Of a DNA stretch of 64,000 nt, positions 25,801 to 38,920 are shown one piece after another. Each line of letters starts with the position of its first letter. The first letter of the stretch is position 1. The translations under genes and the position numbers were made by a program. The notes under the pieces were generated by a model, which was given only the letters and a program-made list of their open reading frames with translations, was not told the DNA's origin and made no database searches. The stretch covers positions 26,350,001 to 26,414,000 of the forward strand of contig OZ287752.1 in assembly GCA_965649765.1 (NCBI GenBank). Direction: 5' to 3'. Source of the stretch: Bispira polyomma (Eukaryota).

Positions 25801-27793
25801 ATGGCTGGTGTTGTGAGAATATAGAAATTAGTTTTTCAACTGGTATCGTTAAAGGACATTTAAAAGTTATCACATTTTATTCATATTGATGAAGTTTGAG
25901 AAAAAATCAAAAGGTGTATTTGTAAATTTAAAGAAAGAACATATTATAATTTTATATTGAGGAGGTCAGATTGGCATTTATTTTAAGTGGGCAGTGGATA
26001 GTTCAGAGATCTTATTGGCTGAAACATGGCCATGTGACAGTTAGTGAAAGATGATATAACCCTGTATTACAGTTTATTCTCGCCTCAGGAAGCTACCTTG
26101 CTGATAACTGTAAGTGTATCCTTATTGTGGTGCATATCTTTGTTTTGTTAAAATTGCGTACTACATACAACACAGCCTAATCTTGTAGCAAATGTTACTT
26201 GATTATAATGTGCAGGAGTTGATAGTTTAACATGATCACAGATGGATCCAGGATTCTAAAAAATCATTTTTGGGATTGCATCAAACACAAGTTTGACAAC
26301 TAAAGAGTCTCTATACTGAGAATTCATATTTGAATGCAGTGCTGAAAGCTCTGCTACAAAGAATGGCTACAAATCAAAGCTATATACATTACACATAGAA
26401 CACCAAATTAATCATGCATCCTCTAAGGTGCTGATAGAGGCCGCACTAGTCTAGTGGTTAGCAGCACCTGCTTCACAATCAATGGCCTCTCACCAAAGCA
26501 GATTAAAATCCTGTTCCTTCCTTCATGTGGAAAAGTTTGTCAGGTACTTGCCTGTAGGCCCGTGGTTTACAGTGTGTTTCAGCACTGGTATTCTTGAACC
26601 GTTGTACCTGGCCATTGTGATATGACCTAAGCTATTAAAAGTGACAACCCAACTAAAACCCAACTAAATTTTAAGTTTCTGGTTCTAGTCCATTAACGGG
26701 AAACGTCGCTGTGGGAAAGAAACTTGATAGGGGGTTACAGGTGAGCATAGGTAATCTAGAAAAGGTAGGTTTCAATTGACTTCTAAAATGACATATCTTC
26801 TCATTAGGGAACTCAGTGTGCCATACTACACCATTCTGGGGTATACTTTTGTAAGCATTCAATTTAATAGGGTTTTCAACTCTAAATTCAAATATGCAGT
26901 CAGTTTTTACTTATCTTTACTTCAGTCAGATATAATGAAAGTTCCAATATTTGTTTGTTTGAGCTTGATTCTGAGTTGGAAATGTTGCCGCTGATGTCAT
27001 TAAATATTAAGAAAATCAGAATCTATACAAAACTCATATTGGGACGAATAATAAAGTACAACTATGTATGCAAAACTCCTTTAATGCACGTTAAATTTTA
27101 TTTTTTTAAATTTTTTTTCCGTAAAGATAATATGACGAAAAGTTCCCCATTGTACTATATGACAGCACTTGCCACACCAATTTCTAATAAAATCTATAAT
27201 TTTTTGAGGGAAGCCCAGAATTGAGTAGTGTGGATTACAACAGTGAAACTCCTCAAAAGTGATCAATACCTAAAATATTAAGACCTCAGACTTGATGAGC
27301 CTTGGTCTTTAAGCCTACACTTACATGTATAAGATATACATCTTCTGGCATCAACCGACATCAGCCAATTGTCTTTATCCCTATAGTTACAGTGTAAGCA
27401 CCTCCATGTGTCAGATGAGATCAGATGTCGTCAGAGGCTTCACATATTTTTGGTCAGGGCAAATATGGTCGATTTTGGGGTGTTTTTGTGGAATATATAA
27501 TTTGGCTGATGTCATGGTAATGTAGGCTTACACTTTTAGGTGTTGTCCACTTTCATTGCAGTTTACGTGTATACTACTTTAATATGTCAAGCATAGAGCA
27601 CTATACATGTACGTTATATAACATCTGTATGATACCAGTTAATTATTTTAAATAGTTCTCGGATAGTTTCTTGGAACATTGTGAAAACATTTAAATCAGA
27701 TGGCAGAATAATAATTCAAATACAGCAAGGACTAAATAAACATTCCATATTTTGTGACTATAACTTTTAATAGTAATGTATATATATGTATAT

Positions 27794-28720
27794 TTACGAC
27801 AGTTTATGTCCCATATATGACTCATAGACAATCTTGAATCGCTTTGTCACAAAGTCATAAAATTCATACTCTAGTTTTATAATGTCGTTATCCATCAGCA
27901 TTTGCCTGGCTGCTGCACTCATTTTGGGGGCTTTAAACCCTGACGTATGTCTGTACTTCTCGCTTTCTTTCAGGTACATGTGTGCATCTACTGCCCCTTT
28001 AAAGTAATGTGGCAACATGGTCTCTAGTACTTCTAGAAACTCTATGTACTTTGTCACATGACCCACCACAGCGAATCCCGTCAGCACGTTCTTGATGGCC
28101 AGGTTGAGGGCATGTCTTGTTGGCGTTTGACACAGGTAGTGTTGTCCACAGAAATGAGGGATGATGGTCCAGATAAACCTGACATCAGTACACTCAGGGT
28201 CAAAGGTGAGGACACACTCGCCAAAAGGCACATTGTGTCTTCTGTGGACATCTTCGTCGTCGGCATCTTTGAAAAAGTCTCCTACTATCTGCCCATGGTA
28301 GGTGATCTTGTTTTTGTTGTTAATTGCCCTGCGGTAGTAGTAATACGACTCCAGTCTGTCTATTGGATCTCGAATGAGGTTGATGTACACTGGATCCAGC
28401 TTAATGCCGTAGCTTGTGAAATTGATATAGTTCAGATGCTTACAGAAAACCCAGGGCTCTTTCATTTGAAGTAGTTTGCCTGCGGTGTATTTGATACTAT
28501 GTCTGTCCAGGTGATAATTTGCAGTGATATACGGTTGGGTGAAGCCCTGGGTTGTATAGAAGTTATTGGTCCGTGACACGTTATATATAACATAGCGAGT
28601 GGATTGGCTTCCACATTTAGGAACCATGTTGTAAAATATGTGTTTCACAGACGAGTTGTACTTGTGATCCACTTTGGAGATGTCCCACTCATTATCCTTG
28701 AATCTTAGATCTGAAGGAAT
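27794..28720 (-). CDS. 2-O-sulfotransferase-like catalytic exon, gene A copy 2
   Basis: Protein identical to copy 1. Confidence 0.85.
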   Translation of the reverse strand: MPSDLRFKDNEWDISKVDHKYNSSVKHIFYNMVPKCGSQSTRYVIYNVSRTNNFYTTQGFTQPYITANYHLDRHSIKYTAGKLLQMKEPWVFCKHLNYINFTSYGIKLDPVYINLIRDPIDRLESYYYYRRAINNKNKITYHGQIVGDFFKDADDEDVHRRHNVPFGECVLTFDPECTDVRFIWTIIPHFCGQHYLCQTPTRHALNLAIKNVLTGFAVVGHVTKYIEFLEVLETMLPHYFKGAVDAHMYLKESEKYRHTSGFKAPKMSAAARQMLMDNDIIKLEYEFYDFVTKRFKIVYESYMGHKLS

Positions 28721-28746
28721 CTGTAAGGGAACACAAAACATGTATT

Positions 28747-28806
<60 letters not shown>

Positions 28807-31183
28807 GTTGATTTATATAAGGATACAGTTTTTATACTTTATTGGCAATGCCTAAAATGTACCTAGCAAATTCCTATAGCTGACTCTGCTGGGAGTCAGC
28901 TCAGTCAAAACGAAAAATCCCGACACAACCAAAGCCGACTCCCCTTTATGACACACACCAATATATGTATGTCACACACCAATATATGTATGTAACACAC
29001 CAATATATGTATGTCACACACCTGCACAACAATCGAGCTTCCGCCCATTGTCTTCATCACAAAAGTACTAATGAAATTTAAATTTATAGAAAGCTCAATT
29101 TCTCAGCGACTGCTGGTCAGAGCCTATATCACTCTTGAAAGTTTAGAAAAGCCACTTTTACTACAAAACAGTATTACTTACTGCAATTGAATGGCTGGTG
29201 TTGTGAGAATATAGAAATTAGTTTTTCAACTGGTATCGTTAAAGGACATTTAAAAGTTATCACATTTTATTCATATTGATGAAGTTTGAGAAAAAATCAA
29301 AAGGTGTATTTGTAAATTTAAAGAAAGAACATATTATAATTTTATATTGAGGAGGTCAGATTGGCATTTATTTTAAGTGGGCAGTGGATAGTTCAGAGAT
29401 CTTATTGGCTGAAACATGGCCATGTGACAGTTAGTGAAAGATGATATAACCCTGTATTACAGTTTATTCTCGCCTCAGGAAGCTACCTTGCTGATAACTG
29501 TAAGTGTATCCTTATTGTGGTGCATATCTTTGTTTTGTTAAAATTGCGTACTACATACAACACAGCCTAATCTTGTAGCAAATGTTACTTGATTATAATG
29601 TGCAGGAGTTGATAGTTTAACATGATCACAGATGGATCCAGGATTCTAAAAAATCATTTTTGGGATTGCATCAAACACAAGTTTGACAACTAAAGAGTCT
29701 CTATACTGAGAATTCATATTTGAATGCAGTGCTGAAAGCTCTGCTACAAAGAATGGCTACAAATCAAAGCTATATACATTACACATAGAACACCAAATTA
29801 ATCATGCATCCTCTAAGGTGCTGATAGAGGCCGCACTAGTCTAGTGGTTAGCAGCACCTGCTTCACAATCAATGGCCTCTCACCAAAGCAGATTAAAATC
29901 CTGTTCCTTCCTTCATGTGGAAAAGTTTGTCAGGTACTTGCCTGTAGGCCCGTGGTTTACAGTGTGTTTCAGCACTGGTATTCTTGAACCGTTGTACCTG
30001 GCCATTGTGATATGACCTAAGCTATTAAAAGTGACAACCCAACTAAAACCCAACTAAATTTTAAGTTTCTGGTTCTAGTCCATTAACGGGAAACGTCGCT
30101 GTGGGAAAGAAACTTGATAGGGGGTTACAGGTGAGCATAGGTAATCTAGAAAAGGTAGGTTTCAATTGACTTCTAAAATGACATATCTTCTCATTAGGGA
30201 ACTCAGTGTGCCATACTACATCATTCTGGGGTATACTTTTGTAAGCATTCAATTTAATAGGGTTTTCAACTCTAAATTCAAATATGCAGTCAGTTTTTAC
30301 TTATCTTTACTTCAGTCAGATATAATGAAAGTTCCAATATTTGTTTGTTTGAGCTTGATTCTGAGTTGGAAATGTTGCCGCTGATGTCATTAAATATTAA
30401 GAAAATCAGAATCTATACAAAACTCATATTGGGACGAATAATAAAGTACAACTATGTATGCAAAACTCCTTTAATGCACGTTAAATTTTATTTTTTTAAA
30501 TTTTTTTTCCGTAAAGATAATATGACGAAAAGTTCCCCATTGTACTATATGACAGCACTTGCCACACCAATTTCTAATAAAATCTATAATTTTTTGAGGG
30601 AAGCCCAGAATTGAGTAGTGTGGATTACAACAGTGAAACTCCTCAAAAGTGATCAATACCTAAAATATTAAGACCTCAGACTTGATGAGCCTTGGTCTTT
30701 AAGCCTACACTTACATGTATAAGATATACATCTTCTGGCATCAACCGACATCAGCCAATTGTCTTTATCCCTATAGTTACAGTGTAAGCACCTCCATGTG
30801 TCAGATGAGATCAGATGTCGTCAGAGGCTTCACATATTTTTGGTCAGGGCAAATATGGTCGATTTTGGGGTGTTTTTGTGGAATATATAATTTGGCTGAT
30901 GTCATGGTAATGTAGGCTTACACTTTTAGGTGTTGTCCACTTTCATTGCAGTTTACGTGTATACTACTTTAATATGTCAAGCATAGAGCACTATACATGT
31001 ACGTTATATAACATCTGTATGATACCAGTTAATTATTTTAAATAGTTCTCGGATAGTTTCTTGGAACATTGTGAAAACATTTAAATCAGATGGCAGAATA
31101 ATAATTCAAATACAGCAAGGACTAAATAAACATTCCATATTTTGTGACTATAACTTTTAATAGTAATGTATATATATGTATAT

Positions 31184-32110
31184 TTACGACAGTTTATGTC
31201 CCATATATGACTCATAGACAATCTTGAATCGCTTTGTCACAAAGTCATAAAATTCATACTCTAGTTTTATAATGTCGTTATCCATCAGCATTTGCCTGGC
31301 TGCTGCACTCATTTTGGGGGCTTTAAACCCTGACGTATGTCTGTACTTCTCGCTTTCTTTCAGGTACATGTGTGCATCTACTGCCCCTTTAAAGTAATGT
31401 GGCAACATGGTCTCTAGTACTTCTAGAAACTCTATGTACTTTGTCACATGACCCACCACAGCGAATCCCGTCAGCACGTTCTTGATGGCCAGGTTGAGGG
31501 CATGTCTTGTTGGCGTTTGACACAGGTAGTGTTGTCCACAGAAATGAGGGATGATGGTCCAGATAAACCTGACATCAGTACACTCAGGGTCAAAGGTGAG
31601 GACACACTCGCCAAAAGGCACATTGTGTCTTCTGTGGACATCTTCGTCGTCGGCATCTTTGAAAAAGTCTCCTACTATCTGCCCATGGTAGGTGATCTTG
31701 TTTTTGTTGTTAATTGCCCTGCGGTAGTAGTAATACGACTCCAGTCTGTCTATTGGATCTCGAATGAGGTTGATGTACACTGGATCCAGCTTAATGCCGT
31801 AGCTTGTGAAATTGATATAGTTCAGATGCTTACAGAAAACCCAGGGCTCTTTCATTTGAAGTAGTTTGCCTGCGGTGTATTTGATACTATGTCTGTCCAG
31901 GTGATAATTTGCAGTGATATACGGTTGGGTGAAGCCCTGGGTTGTATAGAAGTTATTGGTCCGTGACACGTTATATATAACATAGCGAGTGGATTGGCTT
32001 CCATATTTAGGAACCATGTTGTAAAATATGTGTTTCACAGACGAGTTGTACTTGTGATCCACTTTGGAGATGTCCCACTCATTATCCTTGAATCTTAGAT
32101 CTGAAGGAAT
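31184..32110 (-). CDS. 2-O-sulfotransferase-like catalytic exon, gene A copy 3 (PKCGS to PKYGS)
   Basis: Identical to the other copies except C>T at 32004. Confidence 0.85.
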   Translation of the reverse strand: MPSDLRFKDNEWDISKVDHKYNSSVKHIFYNMVPKYGSQSTRYVIYNVSRTNNFYTTQGFTQPYITANYHLDRHSIKYTAGKLLQMKEPWVFCKHLNYINFTSYGIKLDPVYINLIRDPIDRLESYYYYRRAINNKNKITYHGQIVGDFFKDADDEDVHRRHNVPFGECVLTFDPECTDVRFIWTIIPHFCGQHYLCQTPTRHALNLAIKNVLTGFAVVGHVTKYIEFLEVLETMLPHYFKGAVDAHMYLKESEKYRHTSGFKAPKMSAAARQMLMDNDIIKLEYEFYDFVTKRFKIVYESYMGHKLS

Positions 32111-32136
32111 CTGTAAGGGAACACAAAACATGTATT

Positions 32137-32198
<62 letters not shown>

Positions 32199-34575
32199 GT
32201 TGATTTATATAAGGATACAGTTTTTATACTTTATTGGCAATGCCTAAAATGTACCTAGCAAATTCCTATAGCTGACTCTGCTGGGAGTCAGCTCAGTCAA
32301 AACGAAAAATCCCGACACAACCAAAGCCGACTCCCCTTTATGACACACACCAATATATGTATGTCACACACCAATATATGTATGTAACACACCAATATAT
32401 GTATGTCACACACCTGCACAACAATCGAGCTTCCGCCCATTGTCTTCATCACAAAAGTACTAATGAAATTTAAATTTATAGAAAGCTCAATTTCTCAGCG
32501 ACTGCTGGTCAGAGCCTATATCACTCTTGAAAGTTTAGAAAAGCCACTTTTACTACAAAACAGTATTACTTACTGCAATTGAATGGCTGGTGTTGTGAGA
32601 ATATAGAAATTAGTTTTTCAACTGGTATCGTTAAAGGACATTTAAAAGTTATCACATTTTATTCATATTGATGAAGTTTGAGAAAAAATCAAAAGGTGTA
32701 TTTGTAAATTTAAAGAAAGAACATATTATAATTTTATATTGAGGAGGTCAGATTGGCATTTATTTTAAGTGGGCAGTGGATAGTTCAGAGATCTTATTGG
32801 CTGAAACATGGCCATGTGACAGTTAGTGAAAGATGATATAACCCTGTATTACAGTTTATTCTCGCCTCAGGAAGCTACCTTGCTGATAACTGTAAGTGTA
32901 TCCTTATTGTGGTGCATATCTTTGTTTTGTTAAAATTGCGTACTACATACAACACAGCCTAATCTTGTAGCAAATGTTACTTGATTATAATGTGCAGGAG
33001 TTGATAGTTTAACATGATCACAGATGGATCCAGGATTCTAAAAAATCATTTTTGGGATTGCATCAAACACAAGTTTGACAACTAAAGAGTCTCTATACTG
33101 AGAATTCATATTTGAATGCAGTGCTGAAAGCTCTGCTACAAAGAATGGCTACAAATCAAAGCTATATACATTACACATAGAACACCAAATTAATCATGCA
33201 TCCTCTAAGGTGCTGATAGAGGCCGCACTAGTCTAGTGGTTAGCAGCACCTGCTTCACAATCAATGGCCTCTCACCAAAGCAGATTAAAATCCTGTTCCT
33301 TCCTTCATGTGGAAAAGTTTGTCAGGTACTTGCCTGTAGGCCCGTGGTTTACAGTGTGTTTCAGCACTGGTATTCTTGAACCGTTGTACCTGGCCATTGT
33401 GATATGACCTAAGCTATTAAAAGTGACAACCCAACTAAAACCCAACTAAATTTTAAGTTTCTGGTTCTAGTCCATTAACGGGAAACGTCGCTGTGGGAAA
33501 GAAACTTGATAGGGGGTTACAGGTGAGCATAGGTAATCTAGAAAAGGTAGGTTTCAATTGACTTCTAAAATGACATATCTTCTCATTAGGGAACTCAGTG
33601 TGCCATACTACACCATTCTGGGGTATACTTTTGTAAGCATTCAATTTAATAGGGTTTTCAACTCTAAATTCAAATATGCAGTCAGTTTTTACTTATCTTT
33701 ACTTCAGTCAGATATAATGAAAGTTCCAATATTTGTTTGTTTGAGCTTGATTCTGAGTTGGAAATGTTGCCGCTGATGTCATTAAATATTAAGAAAATCA
33801 GAATCTATACAAAACTCATATTGGGACGAATAATAAAGTACAACTATGTATGCAAAACTCCTTTAATGCACGTTAAATTTTATTTTTTTAAATTTTTTTT
33901 CCGTAAAGATAATATGACGAAAAGTTCCCCATTGTACTATATGACAGCACTTGCCACACCAATTTCTAATAAAATCTATAATTTTTTGAGGGAAGCCCAG
34001 AATTGAGTAGTGTGGATTACAACAGTGAAACTCCTCAAAAGTGATCAATACCTAAAATATTAAGACCTCAGACTTGATGAGCCTTGGTCTTTAAGCCTAC
34101 ACTTACATGTATAAGATATACATCTTCTGGCATCAACCGACATCAGCCAATTGTCTTTATCCCTATAGTTACAGTGTAAGCACCTCCATGTGTCAGATGA
34201 GATCAGATGTCGTCAGAGGCTTCACATATTTTTGGTCAGGGCAAATATGGTCGATTTTGGGGTGTTTTTGTGGAATATATAATTTGGCTGATGTCATGGT
34301 AATGTAGGCTTACACTTTTAGGTGTTGTCCACTTTCATTGCAGTTTACGTGTATACTACTTTAATATGTCAAGCATAGAGCACTATACATGTACGTTATA
34401 TAACATCTGTATGATACCAGTTAATTATTTTAAATAGTTCTCGGATAGTTTCTTGGAACATTGTGAAAACATTTAAATCAGATGGCAGAATAATAATTCA
34501 AATACAGCAAGGACTAAATAAACATTCCATATTTTGTGACTATAACTTTTAATAGTAATGTATATATATGTATAT

Positions 34576-35528
34576 TTACGACAGTTTATGTCCCATATAT
34601 GACTCATAGACAATCTTGAATCGCTTTGTCACAAAGTCATAAAATTCATACTCTAGTTTTATAATGTCGTTATCCATCAGCATTTGCCTGGCTGCTGCAC
34701 TCATTTTGGGGGCTTTAAACCCTGACGTATGTCTGTACTTCTCGCTTTCTTTCAGGTACATGTGTGCATCTACTGCCCCTTTAAAGTAATGTGGCAACAT
34801 GGTCTCTAGTACTTCTAGAAACTCTATGTACTTTGTCACATGACCCACCACAGCGAATCCCGTCAGCACGTTCTTGATGGCCAGGTTGAGGGCATGTCTT
34901 GTTGGCGTTTGACACAGGTAGTGTTGTCCACAGAAATGAGGGATGATGGTCCAGATAAACCTGACATCAGTACACTCAGGGTCAAAGGTGAGGACACACT
35001 CGCCAAAAGGCACATTGTGTCTTCTGTGGACATCTTCGTCGTCGGCATCTTTGAAAAAGTCTCCTACTATCTGCCCATGGTAGGTGATCTTGTTTTTGTT
35101 GTTAATTGCCCTGCGGTAGTAGTAATACGACTCCAGTCTGTCTATTGGATCTCGAATGAGGTTGATGTACACTGGATCCAGCTTAATGCCGTAGCTTGTG
35201 AAATTGATATAGTTCAGATGCTTACAGAAAACCCAGGGCTCTTTCATTTGAAGTAGTTTGCCTGCGGTGTATTTGATACTATGTCTGTCCAGGTGATAAT
35301 TTGCAGTGATATACGGTTGGGTGAAGCCCTGGGTTGTATAGAAGTTATTGGTCCGTGACACGTTATATATAACATAGCGAGTGGATTGGCTTCCACATTT
35401 AGGAACCATGTTGTAAAATATGTGTTTCACAGACGAGTTGTACTTGTGATCCACTTTGGAGATGTCCCACTCATTATCCTTGAATCTTAGATCTGAAGGA
35501 ATCTGTAAGGGAACACAAAACATGTATT

Positions 35529-35587
<59 letters not shown>

Positions 35588-36513
35588 ATATATATACACA
35601 GTTGATTTATATAAGGATACAGTTTTTATACTTTATTGGCAATGCCTAAAATGTACCTAGCAAATTCCTATAGCTGACTCTGCTGGGAGTCAGCTCAGTC
35701 AAAACGAAAAATCCCGACACAACCAAAGCCGACTCCCCTTTATGACACACACCAATATATGTATGTCACACACCAATATATGTATGTAACACACCAATAT
35801 ATGTATGTCACACACCTGCACAACAATCGAGCTTCCGCCCATTGTCTTCATCACAAAAGTACTAATGAAATTTAAATTTATAGAAAACTCAATTTCTCAG
35901 CGACTGCTGGTCAGAGCCTATATCACTCTTGAAAGTTTAGAAAAGCCACTTTTACTACAAAACAGTATTACTTACTGCAATTGAATGGCTGGTGTTGTGA
36001 GAATATAGAAATTAGTTTTTCAACTGGTATCGTTAAAGGACATTTAAAAGTTATCACATTTTATTCATATTGATGAAGTTTGAGAAAAAATCAAAAGGTG
36101 TATTTGTAAATTTAAAGAAAGAACATATTATAATTTTATATTGAGGAGGTCAGATTGGCATTTATTTTAAGTGGGCAGTGGATAGTTCAGAGATCTTATT
36201 GGCTGAAACATGGCCATGTGACAGTTAGTGAAAGATGATATAACCCTGTATTACAGTTTATTCTCGCCTCAGGAAGCTACCTTGCTGATAACTGTAAGTG
36301 TATCCTTATTGTGGTGCATATCTTTGTTTTGTTAAAATTGCGTACTACATACAACACAGCCTAATCTTGTAGCAAATGTTACTTGATTATAATGTGCAGG
36401 AGTTGATAGTTTAACATGATCACAGATGGATCCAGGATTCTAAAAAATCATTTTTGGGATTGCATCAAACACAAGTTTGACAACTAAAGAGTCTCTATAC
36501 TGAGAATCGACAC

Positions 36514-36544
<31 letters not shown>

Positions 36545-37406
36545 CTTTACAAAATCCTTGATCTGCTTATGATTATGGTGACACAGTATGACACTGTATA
36601 GTTGTATACCTTCAGAGTTCAGAGTGATTGCATATAACATATCTACTGACATTCCTAGTAACTAGGGCCCCTGTCTGTTGATCACAAGCTAGCCCACGTT
36701 TGGGTTTGGTTACAATCATCTCCTGGATTAGAAATCTTCGTATTTTGTGTTTATTTTTTGTGTGTTTATTTTTCCTATTAATGACAGCTGAGACAAATAG
36801 GCGCCAACTAGGGAGGTTTTTATTCATATTTATCTTTAATAAATTCATAATAATCCATAATGCTGCAAGAAAAAAGATCGGACTAAGAGTAGTCAACAAT
36901 AGTCATGTATTCTAACGAATTCACAAATTATAAGACAATTTAGGATTAGGTCACAACATGAAGAATACACGAGAATACTAAACGATGCTTTACAAATATT
37001 AGCTACTGATCCACCGAATGTCATGGTTACTGGTAATTACACCTGAATGTCCCAAATGAAAATGAAAGGCCTTGTGATGGAATGACGAATATCTACGACT
37101 ACTTACGAAAACACTAGAGTAATAAAATAAACCATGCTGAGCTGGTCCGGTCTCAAGCTTGCGAATACAACTGTCCATTATTTCTCAATCAAGTGATTGG
37201 CTACTTATATTCGTTTTCTGATGGTCATAGCATATTGGGCATGTATTGTTGTAAAATAATCAAAGATAACTACCACGTGTAGAGATAGAAATGCTTACCT
37301 CCCTGGATGTAACTGCAGCTTCATCTGTCTTCATATCAAACAAAACATAAAGAATTAAGGAGACGATCAACACAGATGATACACAAGTCCTAAAAGTTAA
37401 CTTCAT
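34576..37406 (-). CDS. Gene A: uronyl/heparan sulfate 2-O-sulfotransferase-like, 344 aa, two coding exons
   Basis: Exon 37406-37299 MKLTFRTCVSSVLIVSLILYVLFDMKTDEAAVTSRE (type II anchor, donor GTAAGC, phase 0) joined to catalytic exon 35502-34576. Confidence 0.9.
36421..36571. mobile_element. Small MITE with an internal C18(AC)n tract
   Basis: Left CACAGATGGATCCAGGATT, right AAAATCCTTGATCTGCTTATG; a related end CATAGGCGGATCCAGGGTTTTGTAAAA lies at ~43859. Confidence 0.55.
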
Positions 37407-37651
37407 GGCGTATATCTATGTATATATAAATATATGTATCATCTACATGGCATTTAAACAAAACAAGCATCTATATACAATGTATATAGTTGAACCAACA
37501 GCAAAGAAAGGGTTTAGACATGTATCAGAATTCAATAAAGGATCTTCGTTGCACACACACAGATGTTCAGCAAGGTATATTTCTTGTATTGTATTTTTTA
37601 CAAGCAGTAACATCATTAAACTCCAACAAAGGTAGACAGATTCGATTTTAG

Positions 37652-37668
37652 TATTGATATATTGACAA
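37652..37668. promoter_or_regulatory. Conserved 17-mer TATTGATATATTGACAA upstream of all five sulfotransferase genes
   Basis: Copies at 37652, 42633, 46908 (1 mismatch), 53672, 63386. Confidence 0.55.
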
Positions 37669-38165
37669 AGAAAACAACTTCAGTATTCGATTATTTACCA
37701 TTTGTTTTTTATGAAACTGCTATGACGTAATCTCGAAAATGATCATGCTCAACACACAAATTCAGTGTTCTTCTTTATATCTATATTTCATATTCAACAT
37801 TTCGGAAATAAATTCAAAAATTTTAAATTTATTCTTAAATTCAACTCAATCAACTTAAAACCTAGGGCCACCTTATATTTAGTCAGCTTAAGCTAAGATC
37901 TGACCATAAAGTCAATGCACTTTAGTTAAGGTAACCACTTTGAGGTGCCCCTTATTATTTTATACTTTTTATTTTGTATATATAGCTATTACAGAATACC
38001 ATAGAATAAATTAATATCCCCCAACATCAGTGTCTTCAGTCTTCACTCATATGCAAGGTCAAACTTAAGTTCAAGGTCACACACATAGGGGAGGCACTGT
38101 CTATATCTATCTCTGGTAAGACATCTCTGGTGGAAATGTGCCTGCATTTTTTAATTCAATGCTGC

Positions 38166-38655
38166 AAATGGGGACACAAGTAAAGGTTATTTCGCTGTTG
38201 GAAATTTACTTCAGTTGACAAATTGGAACATAAGTATAGGTTATTTCTTAGTAGGGGGGGCCGCGGTGGCCTAGTGGTTAGCAAGCATTGCGCTTCACAA
38301 TCATTGGTCTCTCACCTCTGGGTGGCGTGAGCTCGAATCCCGTCGATGCCTATGTGGGAAAGGTGGTAGTTCCTTACTGTGGGCCGCTGGTTTCAGTGCG
38401 GAACCTTGATCAACTGTATGCAGTATTTCCTCCAGTGTTTCCAACTACCCGTCCCAATATAACCTAAACAGGTACTAGAGTGCACGTTAAATATCCAAAA
38501 TTAAAAAAAAAAAAAATTATTTCTTAGTAGGAGATTTACTTCAGTTGACAAATGGGGACAGAATTATAGGTTATTTCTCTGAAAGAGATTTACTTCACTT
38601 GACAAATCGGGAAACAAGTATAGGTTATTTCTCTGTAGGAGATTTACTTCAGTTG
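38166..38655. repeat. ~54-bp minisatellite (4 units) interrupted by a SINE
   Basis: Unit CAAATGGGGACACAAGTATAGGTTATTTCTCTGTAGGAGATTTACTTCAGTTGA, repeated imperfectly. Confidence 0.85.
38256..38516 (+). mobile_element. tRNA-derived SINE family 1, full length with A-tail
   Basis: 15-bp TSD TTATTTCTTAGTAGG at 38241-38255 and 38517-38531. Confidence 0.95.
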
Positions 38656-38733
38656 AGTTAAGGCTTGAGTTTACCCTTGAAATGTGTTAACACTGGTAAA
38701 TTTTACATCAAACAAAAACATGAAGCCATTATG

Positions 38734-38920
38734 AGGTCCCCAGTGACCTAGTGGTTAGGGAGTTGTTCTGATGATCTGAAGTCCCTGGGTTCTATTCCTG
38801 GTACCGGCCGCTAGTTTCATTGGTGGGATAACATCCTTGGGCAAGATGCGCCCTCTGTCACTAGGTCCTGTGGTAGGCTAAAGATCATATTGAAAGTTGA
38901 TAAACGGTCATCCTTAAGCT
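38734..38920 (+). mobile_element. Degenerate tRNA-derived SINE
   Basis: GTGACCTAGTGGTTAGG...CTGGGTTCTATTCCTGG tRNA head; TCCTTGGGCAAGA resembles a CORE-type motif. Confidence 0.6.

Larger units (their letters stand above)
22921..36507. repeat. Head-to-tail array of four ~3.4-kb units, each with one sulfotransferase catalytic exon
   Basis: Units start at 22921, 26325, 29715, 33107 (spacing 3404, 3390, 3392). They differ in (TA)n length and a few SNPs. Junction reads GAGAAT-T-CATATTTG. Confidence 0.98.

Noticed and set aside
26319-26326. Array junctions spell an EcoRI site (GAATTC), suggesting a cloning concatemer
   Set aside because: Neither outer boundary has the site, and the units carry private SNPs and different microsatellite lengths; coincidence is more likely.
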